From: Scenedesmus sp. PABB004
Lineage: Eukaryota
NCBI GenBank assembly: GCA_014905635.1
Contig: JABVCE010000004.1
Span: forward strand, 1-64,000
Direction: 5' to 3'
DNA length: 64,000 bases
Shown here: positions 53,041 through 64,000 of the stretch, one piece after another
Layout of the letters: each line of letters begins with the position of its first letter
How positions within the stretch are numbered: position 1 is the stretch's first letter
Position numbers and translations under genes: made by a program
The notes under the pieces: model-generated
The model's database searches: none
Seen by the model: only the letters and a program-made list of their open reading frames with translations
Told to the model about the DNA's origin: nothing

Positions 53041-55526
53041 CGCCCTCGCGGCAGCAAGCGGCGCCGTCACCGCAGCGGCAGCGGCAGCAGCGGCTGCCGC
53101 AGCAGCGGCAGCAGCAGCAGCGGGGGCAGCAGCCGCAGCAGCAGCAGCGGGGCGGCGCCGGCCCGCCGGCGCCCGCGTGCGAGCTGCTGCGCGCCATCAC
53201 GTCGGCGCGGGGGTACGACCAGCTCGCGTCCGTCGTGCGGGCGCGCGGCCGGCAGTTCCAGGCGCACCACACCGCGGCGGCGCTGCAGCGGCTCGCGGTC
53301 ATCGTGTGCGGCAGGGAGGCCCCGCCACCGCGCCGCGACGGCGCCGGCGCGTGGCCCGGTGACGACGCGCTGGACGGCGAGCAGGACTGGGCGGGCCCGC
53401 AGCTGGTGAGCATGGACGGCGCGGGGGACAGCCCCGGCGCCGCGAGCCGAGACGAGACCGCGTGGGCCGGCGGCGGCGGCGACGGCATTGCGGGGCGGCG
53501 CAGCCGGCTGACCGGCCTGGCGGGCCTCATCGCCGTGCCGGGCAGCGAGCCGGCGGGCGGCGCCGACGGCGCGGCCCTGGAGGGCGAGGGCGGCGCGCCG
53601 CGCGCGGGCGGCGTGGACGGCAGCTTCCTGTCCAGCGCCACCATGGCCGCCCGCATGGCGCGCGCCAAGCAGCTGCAGCTGGAGCAGCAGCTGGAGCAGC
53701 AGCTGCTGCGCCAGCAGGCGTGGGGCGTGGGCGGGGCGCGGCTGGCGCAGCTGCAGGAGCAGCTCGCGCCCGGCGCGGCGCCGGCGGGCGGCGCGGTGCA
53801 GGTCGTCGCGTACGACAGCACGCTGCACGCGCTGCTGCGCCTCGCGGCGCGCCAGGCGCCGCGCATGTCGGCGTCGAGCGGCCTGGCGGTGCTCACGTCG
53901 CTGCGGCTGCTGCGCCACGCGCCGCCGCCGCCGCTGCTGGACGCGCTGCTGGCGCACCCGCTGGCGCGCGGCGCCCTCGCGCGGCTGCGGCCGGCGGGGC
54001 TCGTGGCCGTGGCGGCGCGGCTCGTGGCGCTGCGCAGCGCCCCGGGGCAGCGCTGGCTGGCGCGCTACTTCAGCCTCCTGGCGGCGCACCTCGACGCCGC
54101 GGCGTCGGGCCCGGGCGCGCCGGCGGCGTCGCCGGAGCCGGCCGCCGCGGCGCAGCAGGGCCTGAGCGGGCCGCAGCTCGCGGCCGCGGTGTGCAGCCTC
54201 GCGCAGCTCGGCTGGCGCTCCTGGCCGGAGGGCTGGGGCGCCGCGCTCGCGGCGAGCTGGGGCCCGCAGCTCGGCAGCATGGCCGGCCCGGAGCTGCTGC
54301 GCGTGGCGCAGGCGCTGGTGGCCGTGGGCGGCTTCACGCCCGACCAGGCGTGGGGCGACTCGCTTCTGGCGAGCAGCCGGCCGCAGCTGGCGTCCATGCC
54401 GCCCGTGCAGCTCGTCGACCTGCTGGCGGCGCTCGCGGCGCTGGGCGTGCGCCCCAGCGAGGCGTGGCTGCGCTCCTTCTTCGCCGCCTGCCCCGCGCGC
54501 GGCCTGCGCTGCCTGCCGCCGGCCGCGTGGCCGCGCCTGCTGGGCGCGCTCGCGGGCCTGGACGTGCGCCCCGACGCGGCGTGGGCGCGCGAGATGTTTG
54601 CCGCCGCGGCGCCGGCGCTGCCGCGCATGGACCCGCAGCAGCTGGCCGACACCGCCGCCGCGGCGGCGGCGCTCGGCCGCACGCCGCCCGAGCCGTGGCT
54701 CGCGGCGCTGGCGGGCAGCAGCATGTGGAAGCTCGGCGTCGCCAGCCCGGGGCAGCTCGCGGGCATCGCCGAGGCGCTGGCGGCGCTGCGCGCGCACCCG
54801 GGGCCCGTGTGGCTGTCGCAGTACGCGGCGGCCACCGACGCGGCGCTGCTCTGGTGCAGCGGCGAGGAGCTCGCGCGCCTGGTCGCCGCCGCGGCGGCGC
54901 TGCGTCACACCCCCGGCGAGGGCTGGCTCGCGCGCGTCGAGGCGGCCAGCCACGGCCAGCTCGACGCGCTGTCGCCGGGCGGGCTGGCGTCTCTGGCCGC
55001 CGCGATGCAGGCGCTGGACGCGACCCCCGCGCCGAGCTGGCTCTACGCCGTTGTCGCGGCGGCGTACCCGCAGCTCGACGCCTTTGACGCGCGCCAGCTC
55101 GCGGGCCTGCTCGACGCGCTGCCCGCGCTCGCGGGCGCGCCCGGCGGCGCGTCGGGCGCGGGCGGGCGCTGGCTGGACGAGCTGGTGCAGATCTGCGTGC
55201 ACGAGCTGCCCGCGCGCCAGCGCCAGCGCGCCGAGCTCGCAGCCGCAAAGCAGGCGGCGGAGGCCGCGGCGGCGGCGGCGACGCAGCAGCGCGCCGCCGC
55301 CACGGCGTCGGCCGCCAGGCGCCAGCGGCGCAAGCCCCTGGGCAGCGCGCCCGCAGAGGGCGCCGCGGCGGCGGCGACGCCGCCGTTTGCGCAGTTTCAG
55401 TGCCCCGCGGCGCCCCAGAACGGCGCCGCCAAGCGCAGCGGGGGCGGGGAGCAGCGGGCCGCAGCCGTGGAGATGGTGGCAGCCGCGGCCGGCCCGGTGG
55501 GCGGCGGCGGCGGCAGCGGCGCCTGA
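52371..55526 (+). CDS. Helical-repeat (octotricopeptide/OPR-like) organellar protein
   Basis: Roughly 38-aa repeats 'PQQLA....A.A.LG..P...WL' in a long exon; 5' exons tentative. Confidence 0.65.
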
Positions 55527-55818
55527 TGCGCCGGCCATGCAGCGTGAACTCAAGTTGTGCGAGCGTCGTAGGGGCGAGCGGCTTGGCGGCGGCGCCGCCG
55601 CATTGGCGGCCTGGTGTGACGGAGAGGTTGGTTACTTCCTGCACGGGTGACGCCCCGCGCCAGCACCAGCGCAGCCCGCCTTCCCCGCGCAGCACTCGCG
55701 CCCGTCATGCAGCGCTCTGCTGCTCCTCCCCGGCCGCCGCCGTCGCTCCGCGTTGCCGCCGCACCAGCTGCCGGCACTGCCCCGCGCGCTGCACCCGCCG
55801 CCGCCCTGCCGCCGCCGC

Positions 55819-57961
55819 TCAGCACATCTTGCCGCGGAACTTGGGCTTGGCCGCCCCCCCGCCCGCGAGCGCGTCGGCGCCGTCGCCGCCCGGCGCGTCG
55901 CCCGGGCGCGGGAGCGCCGCGTACACGGCGTCGCGCACCGCGTCGATGGCCATGGTGAACCCCGCCCGCGACGCCGCCCAGGCGGCGGCCATGTGCGCGT
56001 CGTAGGGCGCGTCCTTGGCCATGGTCACGAGGCGCCGGCTGTAGCGCGTGGTGAGCAGCTGCTCGCTGTTGGCCACCAGGCGCAGCGACGGGTGCGCCGG
56101 CAGCTCGTCCTCGCGGTACGTCTCGGGCGTGGCGGGCATGAAGAACACCAGCCGCCCGCCTGCGAGGGGGGGGGGGAGGGGGAGGCGAGGAGGAGGGGCG
56201 TTCGCAGGGGATGGGGGGGGGGGGGGCTGGGGGGCGGCGCGCGCGCGCGCGCGCGCGCGGGGTCGCAGCCGCAGCGCCGGCGGCGCGCCCGCGCCCGCGC
56301 GGCGCGCGCACCGACGACGAGCGTCTGCGCGGCGAGCTCCAGCAGGTCTGTGAGGCACTCGGTGAGCGTGTAGGGCGCGGTGCTGGGGATGTGCGTCGCG
56401 GGGTGCCGCACCTCCACCTCCCGCGCGCACGACTTGCGCCCGCCCGCACGCACGCCGTACGGCGGGTCGCCCAGGATGGCATCAAACACCTGCCAGGGTT
56501 CAGGGCGTGCGGGCGGCCCGCGGGTGGGCGAGAGGGCGGGGCGTGGGCGGGCAATCGGCAGGGCGGGCGCCCGGGCGGGCCGCGCGGCGGCGCGCACCTC
56601 TGTGAGCCCCGCGCGGAAGGGGTGGCGGTGCACGTCGAGGCGCACCAGGCCCACGGGGCGCGGCAGGCCGTACTGGTCAAAGTTGGACCACACGTCCACA
56701 CGCCCCCCGCCCCGCCCCGGCGCGGGCTTGCCCAGCTTGATCACGCGCACGTCGATGTCGCACCCCAGCGTGTGCGCGCCGCGCGCCGCCGCCGCGAGCA
56801 GCACGCTGGCGGTGCCGACGTAGGGGTCGCACACAAGCTGGCCCCGCCGCACCTGGCCGGGCGCGCGGCGCGCGCGGGGGCGCGGGGCGCGCGGGGCGCG
56901 TGGGGCGCGCGGGGAGGCTGCCCGCTCTCGCCTCCCCTGCCGCCACTGTCGCGCGCCCTCTGCGCGCCCCCGTGCGCCGCGCTGCACCTGCGCCATGTTG
57001 GCCATGAGGAAGGCCAGCTCCGTGTCCATGGACGTGGGCCCGATGTAGGCACGCTTGTTCAGCGCGTAGCTCTGAACCCACGACCTGGCCGGCGTCGCGC
57101 CCGGCGGCGCGCACGCGCGCGTGAGCGCGCCGCCGGCGCCCCCGCGCGCGCCGCCGCCCCGCGCGCCCGGTCCCCTGCGCGCCCCGCCGCACCTGTCTGC
57201 CACCGCGACCTGGCGCCCAAAGTACCACCGCTCCGGCACCGCGGGCAGGCCGTTGTGGGCCGCGCCGCCGCCGATGCAGCAGAGCCAGAAGACGTGCGCC
57301 GGCGCGGCGAGGTCGACGCGGCCCTCAAACGGCAGCACGCGCTCCAGCCCCGCAAACAGGCGCGCCTGCTGCTCGGGCGTCCAGGTGAAGCCCCAGGCGT
57401 CGAGCAGCACCCGGAAGGTCACGCCACGCCCCAGGTACGGCGCCTTGGCCGCGGCCGGGTGCGCCGCGATGGCGTCGGCCAGCTCCTCAAAGCTGCCGCC
57501 CTCGCCCCAGAGCTCCAGCATCGCCTGCGCGCGGCGCGGGCGCGGCGGGTGCGGCCGGCGCGCGCCGTGCGCCCGCACCGCGCCGCCCCGCGCACCGCGC
57601 CGCCACCCTGCCGCGCGCGCACCCGGATGAGCACCGCGCGCTCCACGATGCGCCGCGCCGCGTCGTCGCCGGGCAGCGTGACGTACCAAAACGGCGACAC
57701 GCTGTCGGCGCCCGCCGCCGGCGGCTCGACGGCCAGCGGCGCCGGCACGCCCGCGAGGTCCGCGAGCGCATGCAGCTCGGGCAGCCGGAAGTCGAGCAGG
57801 CGGTGCAGGAAGTAGCAGCAGTAGCGCACGCCAGCCCCCGCGCCGGGCGCGCTGCGCTCCTCCGCCGGCCGCCCGCTCGTGCTGGCGGCGCCGTCGCCGG
57901 CGTCGGGCGCCGGCAGGCCGGCGGTCTGGCGCGACGTGAAGACGCCCCGCGTCCTGCCCAT
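55819..57961 (-). CDS. TRM11: tRNA (guanine-10-N2)-methyltransferase
   Basis: LDFRLPEL, KRAYIGPTSMDTELAFLMAN, DPYVGTAS, FDAILGDPPYGVRAGGRKS, GGRLVFF. Confidence 0.92.
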
Positions 57962-58460
57962 GCTTGCCGCCGCCGCCGCGCTCTGCTGCCGCCGCCGCGG
58001 CCGCCGCGGCCGCTGCTGCCGCTGCCGGCGGCCGGCCGACGGGTCGCTCTCCACCGACGCGCCGGCGCGAGTGCACCCCGCTCAAGGCGCGGCGCGGCGC
58101 TTGGCGGGGAGCCGGAGAGGCGGCGGCGCTCGGCGCTCGGCGGCGGCGGCTGCGCTGCTGTGCTCGGTCGCGGCGGCGCTGCTGTCGGCTGCCGCACCCG
58201 CCCCGTGAGACGCTCTGTGCAGCGCGCCAAGCCCGACGCGCCAAGCGCGCGCGAGCCAGCTGAAGAGGCAGCAGAACCACGCCGCCGGCGCGCAAACGAG
58301 CGACGCGCGTCTGTCGGCGCCGCCTGCTCAGCGCAGAGCCGCGCACCTCTCCCTCCACCGCTTCCACGCGACCCGCCGGCGCCAGCGCCGAACACCAGCC
58401 GCAACAGCGCAGCCGCAGCAGCGGCCAGGCGCTCGCGCAGTCCTGACACCGCTGGGACCG

Positions 58461-58904
58461 ATGGCGCTGCTGGCCTGGCTGCGGGCGCTCTTCAGCGGCG
58501 GCGGCGGCTGCATCGCCGCTGGCGGCCGCGCGGCGCCCACGCTCTCGCCGCCGCCGCTCGAGCAGCGCGCGCGGCCGGCGAGCGGCAGCGCGCCGCCGGC
58601 GGCGCCCTGCGCCGCTGGAGCAGCCGCCGACACGCCGGGCGGCGAGCGCACGCCCGCGTCGGCGGCGGACGCCGGGCGGAGCGGCGGCGCGCGCGCGCCG
58701 GACCAGCATCGCTTCATGTTTGCGGACGGACGGCCGGTGGGCGTCGCCAACACGTGCAGCAGGTTCAGCGAAACCCGGCCGCTCGCGACCACGGTGACGC
58801 CGTTTGAGGCGCGGCTCGCGGCCAAGATGGCGGAGGAGTCGGCGGCCGCGGCGCTCGCGCGGGGCGGGGCGGGGCCGGGCCCGCAGCAGCAGCTGCGCTT
58901 TTGA
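58461..58904 (+). CDS. Hypothetical small protein (147 aa)
   Basis: Single ATG-initiated ORF between TRM11 and FAX genes with a non-repetitive core (RFMFADGRPVG...TVTPFEARL); no family recognised. Confidence 0.45.
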   Translation: MALLAWLRALFSGGGGCIAAGGRAAPTLSPPPLEQRARPASGSAPPAAPCAAGAAADTPGGERTPASAADAGRSGGARAPDQHRFMFADGRPVGVANTCSRFSETRPLATTVTPFEARLAAKMAEESAAAALARGGAGPGPQQQLRF

Positions 58905-59226
58905 CGCTTTTGACGAGCCACCGGCGGCAGCGGCGGCGCCGGCGGCCGCAGCACCATGTTCGAGCGGCTGTGCAGCGTGCGGGGGCGCTAGGCGGTAGGC
59001 AGCGGTGTGGGATCGGCGGCGGCGCAGAGAGGCAGCAGCAGGCTTGCGGGGGCGCGCAGAGGGGCAGGAGGCGGGCGCCGCGACCGGGCGGCGCGGCGGA
59101 CGGCGATCAACGCGATGTGAGCGGCGGCGGCGGCGGGGCTCGTTGCAATCGCTGCGATGGCCTCACGCGCGCCCCCGGGGGCGGTCTCAATCTCAAAAGC
59201 AGACTCATGAGTCTGAGCTGATCAGC

Positions 59227-59808
59227 TCACGCGAAGAGGCTGCCGAGGTAGGCGGCGCTCATCGCCAGGCTCGCGCCGGCGGTGAGGCCGGCGGGCATGA
59301 GCTTGCGCGTGCGGGTGTAGCGGTTGACCATGACCACGCTCAGCAGCAGGGCGACGGCCAGGCACACCGCCACGCTCGCGCGCGCCTGCGCCCCCACCAT
59401 GCTGCGCGCCGACAGCGCCAGGATCAGCGCCGCGCCGCACGCAGAGCTGAGGCTCTTGGTGCTGCCCTTCTTCACATAGCCCATCACGCCCCCGGCGGCG
59501 AGCAGCGCGGCATAGAGCAGCGTCCACAGCCGCATCGGGTGCCCCGCGTCGCCGCCGCCGCCGCTGCCACCGCCGCCGCCAGTGCCGCCAGTGCCGCCAG
59601 CGCCGCCAGCGCCGCCACCCCCGCGCGCCAGCCAGGTCGGCGACAGCGGGGCCGGCCGTGCGCCGCCGCGCTGCAGCGCCACGCCCCGGCAGCCGCGCCA
59701 GCTGCTGCCCTGCGTGACGGTCAGGCGCGGCCGGGGCAGCGCCGGCAGCAGGCTCCGCGACCCAGCTGCCCCGGCGGCGCAGCGCGGGAGCGCCGCCGCT
59801 GCTGCCAT
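59227..59808 (-). CDS. TMEM14 / fatty-acid-export (FAX)-like plastid membrane protein
   Basis: Transit peptide, Gly linker, YAALLAAGGVMGYVKKGSTKSL...RY..T.KLMPAGL. Confidence 0.88.
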   Translation of the reverse strand: MAAAAALPRCAAGAAGSRSLLPALPRPRLTVTQGSSWRGCRGVALQRGGARPAPLSPTWLARGGGGAGGAGGTGGTGGGGGSGGGGDAGHPMRLWTLLYAALLAAGGVMGYVKKGSTKSLSSACGAALILALSARSMVGAQARASVAVCLAVALLLSVVMVNRYTRTRKLMPAGLTAGASLAMSAAYLGSLFA

Positions 59809-60239
59809 CGTGCCCGCGCTGCTGCTGGTCCTGGCTGGGCTTGGCAGCCGCGGGCGAGCGCGCGCAGCAGGTGTCGCACTGGGCTGAACTGTCCTGTGTT
59901 GCATGAGGCCGAGCTCTGCGGTTCGGCCCGGCCGGCGCTGCCCGCGCCCTGAAGCGCGGCCTCGCAGCGCGCGTGCCGCCCCGTCTGGCCCCACAACCCC
60001 GCGACGGCCACGTAGACGGAGCTCTGCTTGGCAGCCGGCACGCAGAGCCAACGCGCTCGCCCGCGCCTGCGTTGCGGCCGCCGCCGCTGCTGTCGAGCCG
60101 TCGCGGCCGTCGGCGCCCCGGCAAGCCCGCTGCTCAGGGCCATCTGAGCGCCCGCGCCTAGGCCACCTGAAAGCGCCCCGCAGCCGCCCTCTCCCCGCCG
60201 GGCCAGCCCGCCGGGGCGCCAGCCAGCCGCCGCGGCAGG

Positions 60240-61819
60240 ATGAGCGCGGCCGGCCACACCTCGCCCTTTGAGCGCTTCAACACGCACTGGAGCACCGTGG
60301 TGGAGCAGGAGGTGCTGGGCGTCAACCTGCGCCTCGCGCAGGACCCGAGCAGCGAGCACCTGGGGACCACGGTGCGGCGGGGCGCCGCCGTCCGCGCCGG
60401 CCGCGCTTCCGCCGCCGCGCCGCCGTCATGCGCGGCGCCCTCGCCTCGTGCGGCGTGTGCAGGTGTGGGACGCGAGCATCGTGCTGGCCAAGTACTTTGA
60501 GCGCAACATGCGCAAGGGCGAGTTCAGCCGGCCGAAAGTCAGCGGCAAGCGCGCCATCGAGCTCGGCGCGGGCATGGGCCTGGGCGGCCTCGCGCTGGCG
60601 CTGCTGGGTGCGCGCGCCGCGTGGACCGACGCGCGCTGCGCGCCGAGCGCTGGCGCCGCCGTCGCCGCGCGTACGCGCGAGCTGCCGGCATCGCTGACGG
60701 CGCTGGCGCGGCGCGCGCGCAGGCGCGGAGGTGCTGCTGACTGACGTGAAGGAGGTGCTGCCGCTGCTGACGCGCAATTACGAGCAAAACGTCAGCCGAG
60801 CGGCGCTGCGCGGTGCGCCACGCCCCGCGCGCCCCCGCCGCGCGCCCGCCCGCCGCATGCCCGCCCGCGCGCGGCCTCTCGCGCTCACGCCCGGCCGGCA
60901 CTCCGCCGCCGCCGCCGCGCAGCCGCGGGGCACGAGTCGCACGCGTCGACCTGCGGCCGCGTGCGCGTCGCGGAGCTGGACTGGCTGCAGCCGGAGACGT
61001 GGCGCGGCCTGTGCCCGCCGCCGTTTGACTACGTGCTCGCCTCGGACTGCATCTACCACGAGCACCTCCTGCGCGCCCTCTACCGCGTGCTGCTCGCCAT
61101 CACCGGCGAGCGGTCGACCAGTGAGTCGCGACGCCGGCCGCGCCGCGCCGCCGCCGGCCGCCTCGCCTCCCCCGCGCGCGCGCGCGCATGCCCGCCCCCG
61201 AGCCGCTGCGCCGCGCCGCGCCGCCGCCGCGCCGCGCCCGCCGCCACGCCGCGCCCGCCGCCGCGCCGCGCCCGCCGCCAGTCATCATCGCCAACGAGCG
61301 GCGCAGCGAGAGCGTGCAGGCCGCGTTCACGGGGCTGTTCAGCGGGAGCTTCAGCATGAAGCGCGTGCCCGCGGCGAAGCAGGACCCTGGCTTCTGCCAC
61401 CCCGCGATCGAGCTGTGGCTGCTCAAGCGCCGCAAGGGCGCCAGCGACGCTAACCTCGCCGCGCTCGAGGCGGAGGAGGCCGCGGCGGTCGCCGAGGTCG
61501 CGGAGAGCATGGCGGCGCTCGCGGCGGGGCCCCCGCGGCCGCGGCGGCGGCGGCGGCTGCGCCGGCGCCGGCGGCGGCGGCGGAGCAGCCAGAGCAGCAG
61601 CAGCAGCAGCAGCCAGAGCAGCCGCAGCCAGAGCAGCAGCAGGCGGAGCAGCAGCCGCCCCCGCCGGGCGACGACGGCGGCACGGCAGACGCCGCGGACG
61701 CCGCCGACGGCGACAGCGTGCCGCGGCTGGGCGCGCCGACGGGCGCGTGCGCGTCGTGGCGCGCTCGGCGGGCGGGCGCGGAGGCGGCGCGCCTGCTCGC
61801 GGGCGTCGAGGTGCCGTGA
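60240..61819 (+). CDS. METTL21/Methyltransf_16-family protein-lysine methyltransferase (C-terminus has a probable indel near 61530)
   Basis: GTT|VWDASIVL, IELGAGMGLGG, LTD, ELDW, FDYVLASDCIY. Confidence 0.88.
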
Positions 61820-62340
61820 GTGCCGGCGCTGCTGCTGCTGCGGGTGGAAAAACTCGGTGCCACCGCCCGCGGCGAGCGCTGTCGTCGCCGTGACGCTCTG
61901 TCGCGCCGCGTCGTCGCGCGTGGCGGCACGACGGCAACGCCCCCGCCCTCCCGCGCCACGCCGCTGACGCAGCGCGCCGTCGCGCCGCGCTACGACCGCC
62001 GGGATGGCGACGCGGGGCCGCGCCGCTCCAAGCGCGCGCGCAGGGGACGCCAGGCCGCGCGTGAGCATGCAGTGTGCGTGGGGGCGTGGCGAGCATCCCT
62101 CGGCGCCCGCGGTGGAGCTGCGAAGGTGGCGAGGCAGGTGGTGGAAGCTGCCGAGCGAGTGACAATTGTGGCAGTTTCGTGACCCGCCAGGCCAAAACCA
62201 ACGCTCCTGGCTGCGCCAGCCACACACGACGAGCCCGGCACGCCATCTCACGTGCTCGCCGGCCCACACACGCGCACGCGCAGCGCGACCGCGCCCTCAG
62301 CAGCAGCTCCGCGCGACCGCGGCGCAGCTCGCGCACTTGC

Positions 62341-64000
62341 ATGACTGAGACCCGCTTCATCGGCGTGGGCTCCTGCGACGACGCGCAGCAGCCCCTGGAG
62401 GCCGCCAGGTGCGCGTTCGACGTGCCAGCGTCGCATCCATCGAGAAGCGCCCGCTCCTCGCCGCGCCGCCGCCCGCGTGCCGCGCCCTCACACGCCCCTC
62501 CCTCCCCCCGCACAGGTGCGCCCGCAAGGCCAGCACCGCGAGCATCCTCGACCACGAGCTGAAGGCCTTCTTGCTGGAATCGACCGGTGCGCGCGCCGCG
62601 CCCGGAGCAGCCGCCAGCGCCGCGATCGAGCCGGCGCGGCGCCATGCCGCCCGGCGCCGGGGCCCCGCGATGCCGCGCCGCGCCGCTGGCGCATGCTGCT
62701 GCTGCCGCTCACCCCGCCGCGCCGCCCGCCCCTCCCGCGCCCGCAGGCCTGCTCGATTCGTTCGAGGAGGACCCCAGCCTCGCGGAGCTGCTGCGCGCCG
62801 GCTCCGGCGGCGGCCGCCTGCTTGGCGCGGACGAGCCGCCGCTGCTGGCGCTGCCGGCGGCGTCGTCGCACGCCCAGCAGACGCTGCAGCAGCTGCTGCT
62901 GCAGCAGCAGCAGCACCTGGCCGCGCCGCTGTGCTCTGAGAGCGCGACGCGGCTGACGGCGCTCTCGGCGCCGTCGACGCCGCCAGCGAGCGCCGCGGCC
63001 GGCGCGGCGTCCCCGACCGCCTCGCCGCCGCGGGCGCTGGCGCACCGCGCGGTCACGACCGCGATGCCCATGCCGCCCACGACCACGCGCGCCGCCGCGG
63101 CGGCGGCGCGCGGCGACGGCGACGACGACACGAGCTCCGTGGCGACGCTGCCGATGCCGAGCAAGCGGCGCCGCATCGACGACGACGAGGCGACGTCGTC
63201 GCCGCACGACCTGGTCGAGGTGCCCAGCACGGTCGTGACGACCGCGTCGGGCACCGCCGGCACCGCGACCGCGGCGCGCACCGCGTCGGCCGCGGCGGCC
63301 GCCGCCGACGCGGCGCGCGCGCGCGACCAGGGCGGCGGCGCGGGCGGCGTGGCCGCGGCCGAGGCGGGCGTGGTCAAGGCGATCCTGGTGGCCAAGGTGC
63401 TGACCAAGAGCGACGCGAGCAGCAAGCGCGTCATCCTGCCGCGCATCGCGGTCGAGGCCAACCTGCCGCAGCTCGAGCGCGCCCAGGTCTTCACGCTCAC
63501 CGCGACCGACCCGTCCGGCGCGCGCTGGCCGCTCGTGATCAAGGCCTGGGCCAACGGCTCCAACCCCAAGCCCGTGTACGTGCTGGAGCAGGTCGGCGAG
63601 CTGCTCAAGGGCCACCGCCTCGGCGTCGGCGACGCGCTCGCGCTGCTCGCGAGCGAGGACGGCCGCTTCTGGCTCGAGTGGAACACGCCCGCGGCGCGCG
63701 CCGCCGCGGCGCGGCCGACCTACAGCAAGTTCACCTTCAAGCAGCAGCAGGCCACCGCAAAGGCCGCCGCCGCGGCCGGCGCGGCCGCGGGCGACGCGGC
63801 GCCGGCCGGTGGCGCGCCCGCGGCCGCGGCCGCGGCCGCGCCGCGCGGCGGCCGCGCCCGCGGGCGCGGCGGGCCGACGCCGGTGATGACGGCGGTGCCG
63901 GTGAACAGCGCGCCCGCCGTCACGGGCGCGTTCTTCCCCACCAGCCCCTGCCAGCTGCTCGTGCTCGGCGACGCGCGCGCGCCGTCGCTCTGCCTCGACG
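62341..64000 (+). CDS. B3-domain transcription factor, runs off the window
   Basis: KVLTKSDASSKRVILPR...DPSGARWPLVIKAWANGSNPKPVYVLEQVGELL...LGVGD at about 63390-63685. Confidence 0.85.

Noticed and set aside
53067..55553. 828-aa minus-strand ORF and similar long antisense ORFs
   Set aside because: Shadow ORFs of GC-rich coding sequence on the opposite strand.

Overview
GC-rich, intron-containing nuclear DNA from a eukaryote, most likely a chlorophyte green alga. This is inferred from short GT/GC-AG introns, TGTAA poly(A) signals, degenerate CCCTAAA repeats and plastid-type genes. Recognisable genes: a DUF11/Cys-rich surface protein, a small secreted precursor, a CSN5 3' fragment, the CDC26-TTM3 pair, a truncated PNGase, RecN, a DTW-domain protein, LCAT, GPN2, an NAD(P)-binding protein, an OPR-like protein, TRM11, FAX/TMEM14, a METTL21-like methyltransferase and a B3 factor. 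There are also two intron-containing tRNA-Met genes. Two regions stand out. (1) 41.8-47.5 kb holds a spliced minus-strand gene whose product has two tandem serine-recombinase (resolvase-type) catalytic domains, a long N-terminus with a ParB-like DGxHR motif and a Cys-rich tail. It lies between a recent 781-bp duplication and a tRNA-Met gene, next to a perfect 66-bp palindrome able to fold as a T-shaped hairpin. It is a candidate undescribed eukaryotic serine-recombinase element. (2) 11.0-27.2 kb is an array of near-identical 197-bp exon+intron units, each encoding one 28-aa four-Cys module. Twelve of the 73 complete repeated exons carry the same 86-bp retroposed insertion, which creates an immediate stop codon. 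All protein family calls are by motif recognition only; no searches were run.
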